A stretch of 63,251 nt of DNA, filler included, from Thraustochytrium aureum (lineage: Eukaryota): assembly GCA_012862495.1 (NCBI GenBank). It is 5 parts of 4 records of this genome, joined end to end, with 100 filler letters (N's around TTAATTAATTAA, not from the genome) between each part and the next. Parts side by side here need not be neighbours in the genome. Positions count along the whole stretch, not along the records: positions 21,501 to 37,116 come from BLSG01000080.1; positions 37,217 to 52,418 come from BLSG01000081.1; 3 more parts are not named here. One strand, written 5' to 3'. Shown in pieces: positions 33,736-43,022 of the stretch. How positions within the stretch are numbered: position 1 is the first letter of the stretch; each line of letters opens with the position of its first letter. The notes below the pieces were generated by a model, which had not been told where the DNA came from, made no database searches, and saw only the letters and a list, made by a program, of their open reading frames with translations. The position numbers and the translations under genes are program-made.

Positions 33736-36700
33736 ATGGCGAAGGACGGCCAGAAATCGCGCTCGACGCGGAACGCGAAAGCGCTGCCCACCCTCGTGTC
33801 GTTCGACGTGTACCTGATCAACAGATACAGGCAAAAGAAGAAGAGGTTCTTGGTGATCGACACCGAGCAGGGCACGCTGTCGCGAAGCAACACGGACGAC
33901 AGCGAGAACGGGCTCGTGAGCAACCCCTCGAGCACCATGTCAAGCGGGGCCGCACCTCGGTTGTCGGGGAACAGCGGCGAAGAGTTGTTTGAGCTGCGCA
34001 AGACCATCGAGATCACGCCCGCGTTCATGCTGCTGCCGAGCGAGATGGACAAGCGCAAACTGCGACTCTTTGTCGACCCGCACACGCGGCCACTGGAGAT
34101 CCTCTTCGAGACGGCCGCTGCGCGCGAGCAGTTTAGCACGATCGTGCGCACCCTGCGCTCCGTATCCACTATGGGGACCTCTGCAGGATTCAGGGGCGCG
34201 TCCGAGCAAGTCGGCGGCGCGCGCGGGAAACGGTCCGGCAGCCTGGCGAGCACGTCCTCTGCTGCTGCGGCAGCCAGCAGCCGAAGGCAGAACGGTTCGA
34301 TGACTAGCTTGGCCTCGACTGCGCCGACGAGACTGAGCGTGTTTTGCTCCACGTTCAACGTCTCCAAACAAAGCGTGCCCGAGGTCGTCGCCGCGAGCGA
34401 TCTGAGCAAGGCGCCCGAGGCAGCGGGCGCCGCAGCGCCTGCCCAAGGCGCCGGCGACCAAGATGGCGGGGGCGCGCCGAGCGAGGGCGAGCCACCCACG
34501 GCCGAAGCCGAAGTGCGCCACGTGATGAGTTTGGACGACCTCTACGACTGGGTGCCCCCGGGCGAGTTTGACTTGTACTTTTTCGCTCTGCAGGAGTGCA
34601 AGTCCAAGCACTTTTCTGAGTGGCAGCAGCTGCTAGTCTCCCTGGCGAGCCGCAAGCTCGACGAGGCCGTGGGCGTCCCGTCGAGCGGCGCGGAGCCCGA
34701 GCCGTACAGGGTCCTCGGGGCCNNNNNNNNNNNNNNNNNNNNNNNNNNNNNNNNNNNNNNNNNNNNNNNNNNNNNNNNNNNNNNNNNNNNNNNNNNNNNN
34801 NNNNNNNNNNNNNNNNNNNNNNNNNNNNNNNNNNNNNNNNNNNNNNNNNNNNNNNNNNNNNNNNNNNNNNNNNNNNNNNNNNNNNNNNNNNNNNNNNNNN
34901 NNNNNNNNNNNNNNNNNNNNNNNNNNNNNNNNNNNNNNNNNNAGCACTTCTCGCGCGTGCGCACAGACTCGCGCGCGTGCGGGCTCGCCGGCATGATGGG
35001 GAACAAGGGCGCCGTGGGCATCTCGGTCAGGTACGGCGACGGCACGAGCTCGACGAGCACGTCATTCGCGTTTGTCAACTCGCACCTCGCCGCCCGCGCC
35101 GAGAGGCTCCCGCAGCGCGCGCAAAACTACGCCGAAATCTGCCACAGCCTGCTTTGCCGCAAGAAGAAAGGCCAGTTCCAAGGCGTGCAGCTCCTGCACG
35201 CGTTTGACCACGTGTTTTGGGCTGGCGACCTCAACTACCGAAACGACATGGGCGCGCACGGCTCCTTCGACGAGTTCATCAACGTTAGCGAGATCGTCGC
35301 TGAGCGCAAGCTCGACCTGCTGGCGCCGCACGACCAGCTGAGCCAGGAGCGCGCGCGGCACAATGTCTTTGTTGGTTTCCGGGAGGGTGAGCTGAGCTTT
35401 GCGCCGACGTACCGGCTTGAATTTGGCAAGGTGGGCGAGTACAACAACAAGCGCAACCAGAGCCCGAGCTGGACCGACCGCGTGCTCTGGCGCTCGCTCC
35501 CGGGCAGCATCGCGCCGTCGAGCTCACAGACTATTACTCTGTCGAGGCGATGATCTACTCGGATCACCGGCCGGTGTGCGCATGCTTCTCGGTCCTCACG
35601 TCCTCTGCAGTGTATGGGGGCGAGTTTGAGCTCGAGACCAAGCTAGAGACTGCGATAACAGCGAGGCGCCACGCCACGGCAAAGCGCTCCAACGCGCTCG
35701 CAAGTCGGCCAGCAAGCACGCGCGGGACGGGCTGGACAGCAGCCCGCACCGCGGAGACCGGCTCGGGTTCTGCGGTGCCCCGAAAAACAAGCGTGCACTT
35801 CGCCGATGTGAGCGCAACGGCGATGGCGAGCAAAACCCTCAGACGCGATTATGGGTCAGCCGCAAAGTCCCCCAACCCGCTCGACGACGACGACGACGAC
35901 GACGGCGACGGGGAGGGGGGATTTGCCGAGCCGCTTTTCCATTTCAAGCGGATAGAGCTCTTCTGCCGCCTCCTCGACGAAAAGCAGGAGGCGGCCGTCG
36001 AGCTCGTCGAAGCAGAAGACGCCGTGCTCGCTCACAACGCCGCTGCTTTGCCAATGCAAGGCTTTGACGATTCCGACGAGGAGGAAGAGGCCGCCAAGAG
36101 CTCTGGGGGTTTTCGCGGGGACGGCACGGAGCCACCGAAACCGCCAGGCGATGGCGGCGGAAACGCAAGTAGCAGCGGGCCGGACCCACCGCCGCCTCAA
36201 GGGGGGCCGTGCGAGACAAGGAGTTTAGGGTCGCCTCTCGAGGTCCCCGTAGGCTCGCCGGGGGCCAGGTCGGCGCACGGGCCGCGTCGCAACTCGTACC
36301 GGCGTCCGCTCAACACGGAGCAAATTGTTCAGTCGGGCGAGGCACAGGAAAGGGCTCGGGTCGATCTGGGGGCGCTGGACGGCGCCCCACACAGATTCAC
36401 AAAGGCTGGAGCAAGGCGACTCCAGCGTTCACGGGTCGCGGGTTTGCGCACGGCCCGGGCCACCTCGGTGTGGAAGGCAGCGAGTTCTGTGCTGAAAACT
36501 CGTCCGAGTTTGCGCGATACGTTCTTGGCGCCAATTGCGGCGTGCACGGAGCCAACGCCAAGGTGTGGCTTCGCTTCCACGCGACCTTCCTCGAGGGGGC
36601 GCCGCAGTGCGCGGCCGCAGCGCCTCACGCCAAGCAGCACAGTCGGTCGCCGTGTTGGTCCAAGTATAGCTGGTCCAAGTCCGCGCTCCCGACGATTCTG

Positions 36701-37116
36701 CCGTTCGTGCACGACGCGGCCTTCTTGAGAGAGCACCAGATTGTCGTCACCGTACATCGATCAACGCCGCACCTCAGCGGCGCCTTCAAGAGCGGCCAGG
36801 TCATCGGGCAGGCCCACATCCAACTCAAGGACATTGCAACCTCCCCTTCGGCCTGGTTCGCTGTCCCGGTACTCTTCAACGGGCTGCCAGCAGGTGTCCT
36901 CCGGGGCGAGCTCGAAAACCCCCTTGCCGCGCAGCTGGGGCGCAACACCATGGTGAAGAGCTTGCACCAGCGCGTGCGATCGAGGGCGCCGATGCCGAGC
37001 AGCCAGTCGCGCGCCGTGCACCGCCTCTCGTCGGTGGTGCCTTCGCCTCGGAGGGCGACGGCGAGGCCGAGGAGAGCGACGCTATCAGCGAGGCCAGCGA
37101 CGGGGAGCTTTCAGCG
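33736..37116 (+). CDS. Inositol polyphosphate 5-phosphatase with N-terminal PH-like and C-terminal C2-like domains; frameshifts near 35511 and ~36370; 3' end truncated
   Basis: FCSTFNV, DLYFFALQE, GNKGAV, FVNSHLAA, FWAGDLNYR, DQL, FAPTYR, PSWTDRVLW and, after the frameshift, SDHRPV. The C-terminal LREHQIVVTV..IGQAHIQL..F.VPV..NG..AG.L.G is C2-like. Confidence 0.92.
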
Positions 37117-37160
37117 NNNNNNNNNNNNNNNNNNNNNNNNNNNNNNNNNNNNNNNNNNNN

Positions 37161-37172
37161 TTAATTAATTAA
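37161..37172. other. Artificial scaffold linker TTAATTAATTAA
   Basis: Same 12-mer between N runs. Confidence 0.97.
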
Positions 37173-37216
37173 NNNNNNNNNNNNNNNNNNNNNNNNNNNN
37201 NNNNNNNNNNNNNNNN

Positions 37217-37811
37217 CTTCAGCGGGCTTGGCCTTGTCTTCGATAATTGCGGCAAGGCCTTGCATGGTCGTGTCGAAATTGGTCGTTAGCTCTTGGAAGA
37301 GCTCTTGGCACAGCCTAAGCCCGATCTTTCCTTTCCAATTCCTCTGGTTTTTGAGTGACTCTGAAGCCACGAGAGGAACGATGCGGCCATACTTTTGGGC
37401 GAACGCGTATTGAAACTCGCACTGGCAATTATCGTCCTCATCTCCATCATTAACCTTGCGGTGGTATTCATCCGTGAGCAGCACAATGACGACGCTTGCG
37501 CTTTCAATCGCATTGGCCATAGCAGCATCAATCTTGCCGCTTGCAAGACATTTGCGGTCATACCACACCTCCCAGCCCTTCTCGCGCTCCATCCAGGCCG
37601 AGGCCTCGTCCACGATCGTCTTGGTTGACTTTCCGTTGACGGTCGACTTCCACTCGTACGAGATCATGATCCTCAGCGGCCCTCCATCGCGCGCCGCGTC
37701 TTCCTCTTGCTTCGGTCCCACGACCACCTGATTCGCCTCCTCAACCTGCGGCGCTGCGCTCTGCTTGGCTTCCCCGCGCCCGCCTGTCTTTTTGCTCACC
37801 CAGCGCATCAT
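37217..37811 (-). CDS. N-terminal TIR (TIR_2-type) domain protein, C-terminus truncated by the scaffold edge
   Basis: IMISYEW, GWEVWYD, MANAIESASVVIVLLTDEY, NCQCEFQYA, IVPL, W.GKIGL.L are TIR_2 hallmarks. Confidence 0.88.
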
Positions 37812-39418
37812 GATCCTGACCCGCGTCGTAAGGTCGGCAGCGCCTTTCGTTCAGCCTTCCGACCTTGGGCTCGCCTGCTCGCTCCGTTGCCGCCGCCACA
37901 CAGACCGACCGTAGCGTTCGGTGTCTGCTGCGCCAGGAGTCTGTNNNNNNNNNNNNNNNNNNNNNNNNNNNNNNNNNNNNNNNNNNNNNNNNNNNNNNNN
38001 NNNNNNNNNNNNNNNNNNNNNNNNNNNNNNNNNNNNNNNNNNNNNNNNNNNNNNNNNNNNNNNNNNNNNNNNNNNNNNGCCTTCAGGGCCCCCCCAATCG
38101 CCCTCACGCCGTGCGGCCTTCGCTCAATTGTCCTCTCCCGCCAAGCGTGTTCGTGTGTACCGTGACCAGCGCGTTCTTCACAAACTTCACACGTCGTCAA
38201 GCAGCCTGAGGACGGGAGAAAAACATTCATACCAGTTTTTTCAAGATGAAGGTACTCTATGTGGTTGGTGGTGTTAGAATCTGCGCTAGTTTTTTGATTG
38301 AACTTCATCACTTTGTTGGAGGAAAATCAAGCAAATGAACATGTTCAGACTGCCAGTGTAAGAGCTGGACATCCGCGGACCTGCTAGGCCCACTGATGCC
38401 ATCAGTGGCTGCGTTGTGCGCAACGCGCGAAAGAAAACACCTCGCTTGCCATTCAGCTTGCCAGCTTCAAGTTGTTGCCAGTGACTCCATAGCGCGGAGG
38501 TGTGCAAAGCTCCGTTTCCTGTGGTGTTGACCTAGGTACACCACGGGTTGGGGGATTTCCTCTACAAGACCGGAGGTGCGACCTCGAAACGAAAGCTCAG
38601 AGTTGGCGCCAGCGGATCGAAGTTGCACATGGCGAACCGTGACCAAGCAACCTACCAGCTTGCCCGCGGCCTGCACTGCCTCAAACGCCGCCGGCGCAAC
38701 GCCAGAGCCGGTCGGTCGCACATGTCACATGCGCGTTCGGCAAAACTCGCGCTGGCGCATGTCCCACGCACTGAACCAGCGTCGCGAACTCCACGCGTGG
38801 ACATCCTCCCTCCACGTCGTCAAATCCAACGCGCAAGGCCGTCAACGGCACCGCAGTGCGACGTCCTGGCTGGAGCACCGCTGCGAGGGACGCGTCGCGT
38901 GCCCAGCGCGCCTCGAGAGCGCATGCATCGCGAGCAGGAGGACTCCACGAGGACATTGTCGCTCGCGTATTTTGTTGTTCATGCATTGGGGAGACGACAG
39001 CAGACCCCGAACCGAGGAGACGGCCAGTCTTTGCGCCAGCAGCAGCAGCAGTAGCGGAGCAGCGGCTGAGGAGAGTGCTCGCGTGCTTGCTTCCTGCGGC
39101 TGCGCTTCTGTTCTGTTCTGGCTGGCGGCGGTGTGACGTGCTTGCTTCTTGCGCCATTTGTTTGGGCCGCCCGTGACGACGACACCGGACTCCACGCGGA
39201 CTCCACGAGGCTTGCGCCAGCTGCTGCAGGAGTAGTAGTAGTAGCAGTGGCTGAGGCGCAGGAGGAGGCCCTGCGCTAGGTTTGCTGCGCTGACGGCCTG
39301 CGCGGCTGGCTCTGCGGAGTACAGGAGCCGCAGCTGCAGCTCAAGTCTCGCAGGCTTCGCATCCGACGGCCTGCTCAGGGCTCTCTGTTGATTGAGAAGA
39401 GCGTTGCGAGAACTGGCG

Positions 39419-42400
39419 ATGGACGAGTCTGTCGGCGACCTGACGGCGCTGCCCGAGGTGACCGAGGCGGGGATCGTGGATGCGCTCGAGCAGAGGTTTG
39501 GGAAAGCGAGGATATACACGGGACTTGGCCCCTCAGTTATCGTCAAGGTTAACCCCTTCGCGGACGTGGGCACCGCGGGCGAAGATGGGCCACACGTTGC
39601 GCGGCTGGCCCGCGCCGCGCGCGAGCAGGCAATTGCGACGGGACGCAGCCAGTCGTGCATGATGACGGGCGAGAGCGGCGCGGGCAAGACGGAGGCGACC
39701 AAGGTGTACTTGAACGAGCTCGCTGGGTCCAGGTCGTGCTCGAACGAGTCCCTCCACGTCCAGCTGGTCGACTCGTGCACGCTCCTCGAGTCGTTCGGCA
39801 ACGCCGGCACGGAGCACAACCACAACTCGAGCCGCTTCGCGCGCTGGTTTGAGCTCGAAGTGGACCGCCGGTCCGGGAAAATCGTTAGCGGCACTGTGCA
39901 CCAGTACCTCCTTGAAAAGGCCCGCGTCGTCGCGAGCTCATCCGCGTCGTCCAACTTTCACGTCCTCTACGACGTATGCGCCAGCTTCGAGGGCCCTGCC
40001 GCGCAAGGGGCCGCCGAGGCCACCCTGGAGCAGCCGCAGGGCAGCTTTCGCTACCTTTCGAGCAGACCGGGCAAGGGCCGCATGGACAGGTGGCTGCGGA
40101 TGCAGTCGCAGCTCGCACGGCTCGGCGTCGCCGAGCAAGAGATTGATGGCGTAGAGCGCCTCCTATGGTGCGTGCTCCACCTCGGCAACATCGACTTCTC
40201 GAACAATGACGAGTCCGGCGACGCCGGGTGCCGCGCCACACCAGAGTCTGAGGTGTCGCTGGGCTTCGTCAGCGAGCTGCTCGGCGTGCAAGACCCGCAA
40301 AAGGTGGCTCGCTTGTTCTGCACGCGCGAGCTGCGCACGGGGCGCGACACGGTGACCCAGCAGCGGTCTGCAGCGCAGGCGGCCGACGCGCGCGACGCCC
40401 TGGCCAAGGACCTGTACAGCAGGCTGTTCCGCTGGGTGGTCGCTCGAATCAACCACTCCATCGCGGGTGGGGCCGGCCGCCTTCGCACTGAAAATAGCGT
40501 CTCGGTCGGCTTGCTCGACATTTTCGGCTTCGAGTGCTTCGAGACCAACTCGTTCGAGCAGCTCTGCATCAACTACTGCAACGAAAAGCTCGTGCAGCAA
40601 TTCCACGGCGTGCTCGTGGAGGCGGAGATTAACGTGTGCCGCGCTGAAGGCGTCCCAGCAGGCGAGATCGGGGTCGAGGGCGAGTATCAGCTCGAGCTCG
40701 CCCGCAAACAGGGCCTCCTGGACGAGATCGACCGCGCGTTCTCGCTCATTCAGGACGAGACGCGCCTGCCAAAGGCGACAGACGCAACGCTCACGAGCAA
40801 GCTGCGCAAGCTTGAGCTCGGCGGCGCGGGCGGAGCAAAGCCGCGCGCCAGCGCCGGCGAGGCCTTCACCATCTTGCACTACGCAGGGCCGGTTAGCTAT
40901 TCGACAGCCGGCTTCCTGGAAAAGAACAAGGACGAGGGGCCCAAGGACATCGAGAGCGTCTTGCTCGCGGAATCGCAGAGCGACTTCCTTCGCTCGCTCT
41001 TCGAGGAAGCTGGGGAGCCTTCGCCCCCCGCAAGCCCCGCTGCGCGGAGCGGCGCGGCGAGGAAGAAAAAGACGCTCGGGATGCAGTTTCGCGACGAGTT
41101 TTCCGACCTCGCGCGAGCTCTGTCCGAGAGCGACCAGCAGTTTGTCATGTGCGTCAAGCCCAACCGCGAGTCGCGCCCGGCGGACTTTCAGCGCGACGTG
41201 GTCCTTCGCCAGCTCGAGTGCAACGGGCTCCTTGCAGTCTGCAAGGTGCGCAAGAGCGCGTTCGCTGCCCACATGCCCTTTGAGGACTTTGCGGCGCAGT
41301 ATGGGCTGATCAGCGCTGCGGGGGGCCAGGCTTGCCAGGATTTGCGCGCGCGCGTCGAGGCGATGGTCGCCGACTTTGTGGACTCGCTGCTCTTCGAGGA
41401 GGGCGAGGCCTTTGTGGGCAAGTCTCGCGTGCTTCTTCGGGAAGCAGCCAAGGTTTCGCTCAATATCCGAATGCGGTTGGTGCTGCGCCGCGTGTCGAAG
41501 ATCCAAGCGGCGGTTCGCGCGTTCCTGGCCCGGCGCCGCTTTGCACGCGTAATTCGGGACACGATTCGCATCCAGTCGGCGGTCCGCGTCATGCGCGCAC
41601 TGCGTGAGGCGCGTCGCTTGCGCGAGTCGAACGCTTGCGCGTGCGTCATCCAGAGCGCCGTGCGCCGCTACATGGCGCGCGCGGAGCTTGCCGCTCGCAA
41701 GCGCGCTGCCGCCGCGGTGCGGGTACAGACTGCAGCGCGCTGCATGCTGGCCCGCCGTGCGTTTNNNNNNNNNNNNNNNNNNNNNNNNNNNNNNNNNNNN
41801 NNNNNNNNNNNNNNNNNNNNNNNNNNNNNNNNNNNNNNNNNNNNNNNNNNNNNNNNNNNNNNNNNNNNNNNNNNNNNNNNNNNNNNNNNNNNNNNNNNNN
41901 NNNNNNNNNNNNNNNNNNNNNNNNNNNNNNNNNNNNNNNNNNNNNNNNNNNNNNNNNNNNNNNNNNNNNNNNNNNNNNNNNNNNNNNNNNNNNNNNNNNN
42001 NNNNNNNNNNNNNNNNNNNNNNNNNNNNNNNNNNNNNNNNNNNNNNNNNNNNNNNNNNNNNNNNNNNNNNNNNNNNNNNNNNNNNNNNNNNNNNNNNNNN
42101 NNNNNNNNNNNNNNNNNNNNNNNNNNNNNNNNNNNNNNNNNNNNNNNNNNNNNNNNNNNNNNNNNNNNNNNNNNNNNNNNNNNNNNNNNNNNNNNNNNNN
42201 NNNNNNNNNNNNNNNNNNNNNNNNNNNNNNNNNNNNNNNNNNNNNNNNNNNNNNNNNNNNNNNNNNNNNNNNNNNNNNNNNNNNNNNNNNNNNNNNNNNN
42301 NNNNNNNNNNNNNNNNNNNNNNNNNNAGGAGCTCGGCTCGGAGAGCCTTCGCCCTCTGACACCTGAGCCGTCCAGTGCGCAAGCAAACGTCGCCGGGCCG

Positions 42401-42961
42401 GAGATGGAGTCGGCACCCTTCGCTGCCGCCGTCACCGTCCAACGCATGATTCGCGGGGCGCTTGCTCGTCGAGCCTTCTCTGCGACAGAGACGCAGAGGC
42501 GCATTCAAGTCCGACTGGCGAGGATCCGCGCTGCGCGAACTGCCCAGGCGAAATTGTTCAGCCAGGCCATGTACGCCCAGCGCAGCGCGGCGTTCCTGCG
42601 GGGCTTTGGCAAGACGGAGGAAGCGTACTACGAGGAGGTGGCTCGGCGCCGGCCAGAGCTCCAGTTTCTGCTGGTCGAGAACCATGGCGCTGTGCCGGAC
42701 GAGGGACCGCGCAAGTCGCACGAAGCCCGAATCGGCATCGTGCGCAAAGAGCTGGCTGCGGCGCTGGTGCGCAGAGACCTCAGGAGCATCTCGGACGCGC
42801 TACGCAGTTCGTACGAGGCCCAGTACCACGGGCCAGAGGTCGCCGAAGCAGAGGCGGTGCTGGCGCACATCCGCAAGGTGCACATCAAGCAGATGGAGGC
42901 AGAGGCCAAGCTCGCCGAGCGGTTCCGCATCGCGCTGCAGCCGCGCCACCCTGAAGCGTGA
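39419..42961 (+). CDS. Myosin heavy chain: compact divergent motor, multiple IQ motifs, short tail (gap 41765-42326)
   Basis: GESGAGKTE (P-loop), LESFGNA.T..N.NSSRF, YLLEK.RV, LLDIFGFE, NSFEQLCINYCNEKL, F.I.HYAG.V.Y, CVKPN, and IQ...R motifs. Confidence 0.95.
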   Translation: MDESVGDLTALPEVTEAGIVDALEQRFGKARIYTGLGPSVIVKVNPFADVGTAGEDGPHVARLARAAREQAIATGRSQSCMMTGESGAGKTEATKVYLNELAGSRSCSNESLHVQLVDSCTLLESFGNAGTEHNHNSSRFARWFELEVDRRSGKIVSGTVHQYLLEKARVVASSSASSNFHVLYDVCASFEGPAAQGAAEATLEQPQGSFRYLSSRPGKGRMDRWLRMQSQLARLGVAEQEIDGVERLLWCVLHLGNIDFSNNDESGDAGCRATPESEVSLGFVSELLGVQDPQKVARLFCTRELRTGRDTVTQQRSAAQAADARDALAKDLYSRLFRWVVARINHSIAGGAGRLRTENSVSVGLLDIFGFECFETNSFEQLCINYCNEKLVQQFHGVLVEAEINVCRAEGVPAGEIGVEGEYQLELARKQGLLDEIDRAFSLIQDETRLPKATDATLTSKLRKLELGGAGGAKPRASAGEAFTILHYAGPVSYSTAGFLEKNKDEGPKDIESVLLAESQSDFLRSLFEEAGEPSPPASPAARSGAARKKKTLGMQFRDEFSDLARALSESDQQFVMCVKPNRESRPADFQRDVVLRQLECNGLLAVCKVRKSAFAAHMPFEDFAAQYGLISAAGGQACQDLRARVEAMVADFVDSLLFEEGEAFVGKSRVLLREAAKVSLNIRMRLVLRRVSKIQAAVRAFLARRRFARVIRDTIRIQSAVRVMRALREARRLRESNACACVIQSAVRRYMARAELAARKRAAAAVRVQTAARCMLARRAFXXXXXXXXXXXXXXXXXXXXXXXXXXXXXXXXXXXXXXXXXXXXXXXXXXXXXXXXXXXXXXXXXXXXXXXXXXXXXXXXXXXXXXXXXXXXXXXXXXXXXXXXXXXXXXXXXXXXXXXXXXXXXXXXXXXXXXXXXXXXXXXXXXXXXXXXXXXXXXXXXXXXXXXXXXXXXXXXXXXXXXXXXXXXELGSESLRPLTPEPSSAQANVAGPEMESAPFAAAVTVQRMIRGALARRAFSATETQRRIQVRLARIRAARTAQAKLFSQAMYAQRSAAFLRGFGKTEEAYYEEVARRRPELQFLLVENHGAVPDEGPRKSHEARIGIVRKELAAALVRRDLRSISDALRSSYEAQYHGPEVAEAEAVLAHIRKVHIKQMEAEAKLAERFRIALQPRHPEA

Positions 42962-43022
42962 AGGAGAGTGGAGAATTTGAAATCAAAACAACAAAAACGT
43001 GTTTATGACAATTTCCGCGGGC

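Noticed and set aside
29690..38315. RTGATGA box-C-like motifs (near 29698, 31970 and on the minus strand at 38305) as C/D snoRNAs
   Set aside because: No properly spaced CTGA box D with a terminal stem was found.
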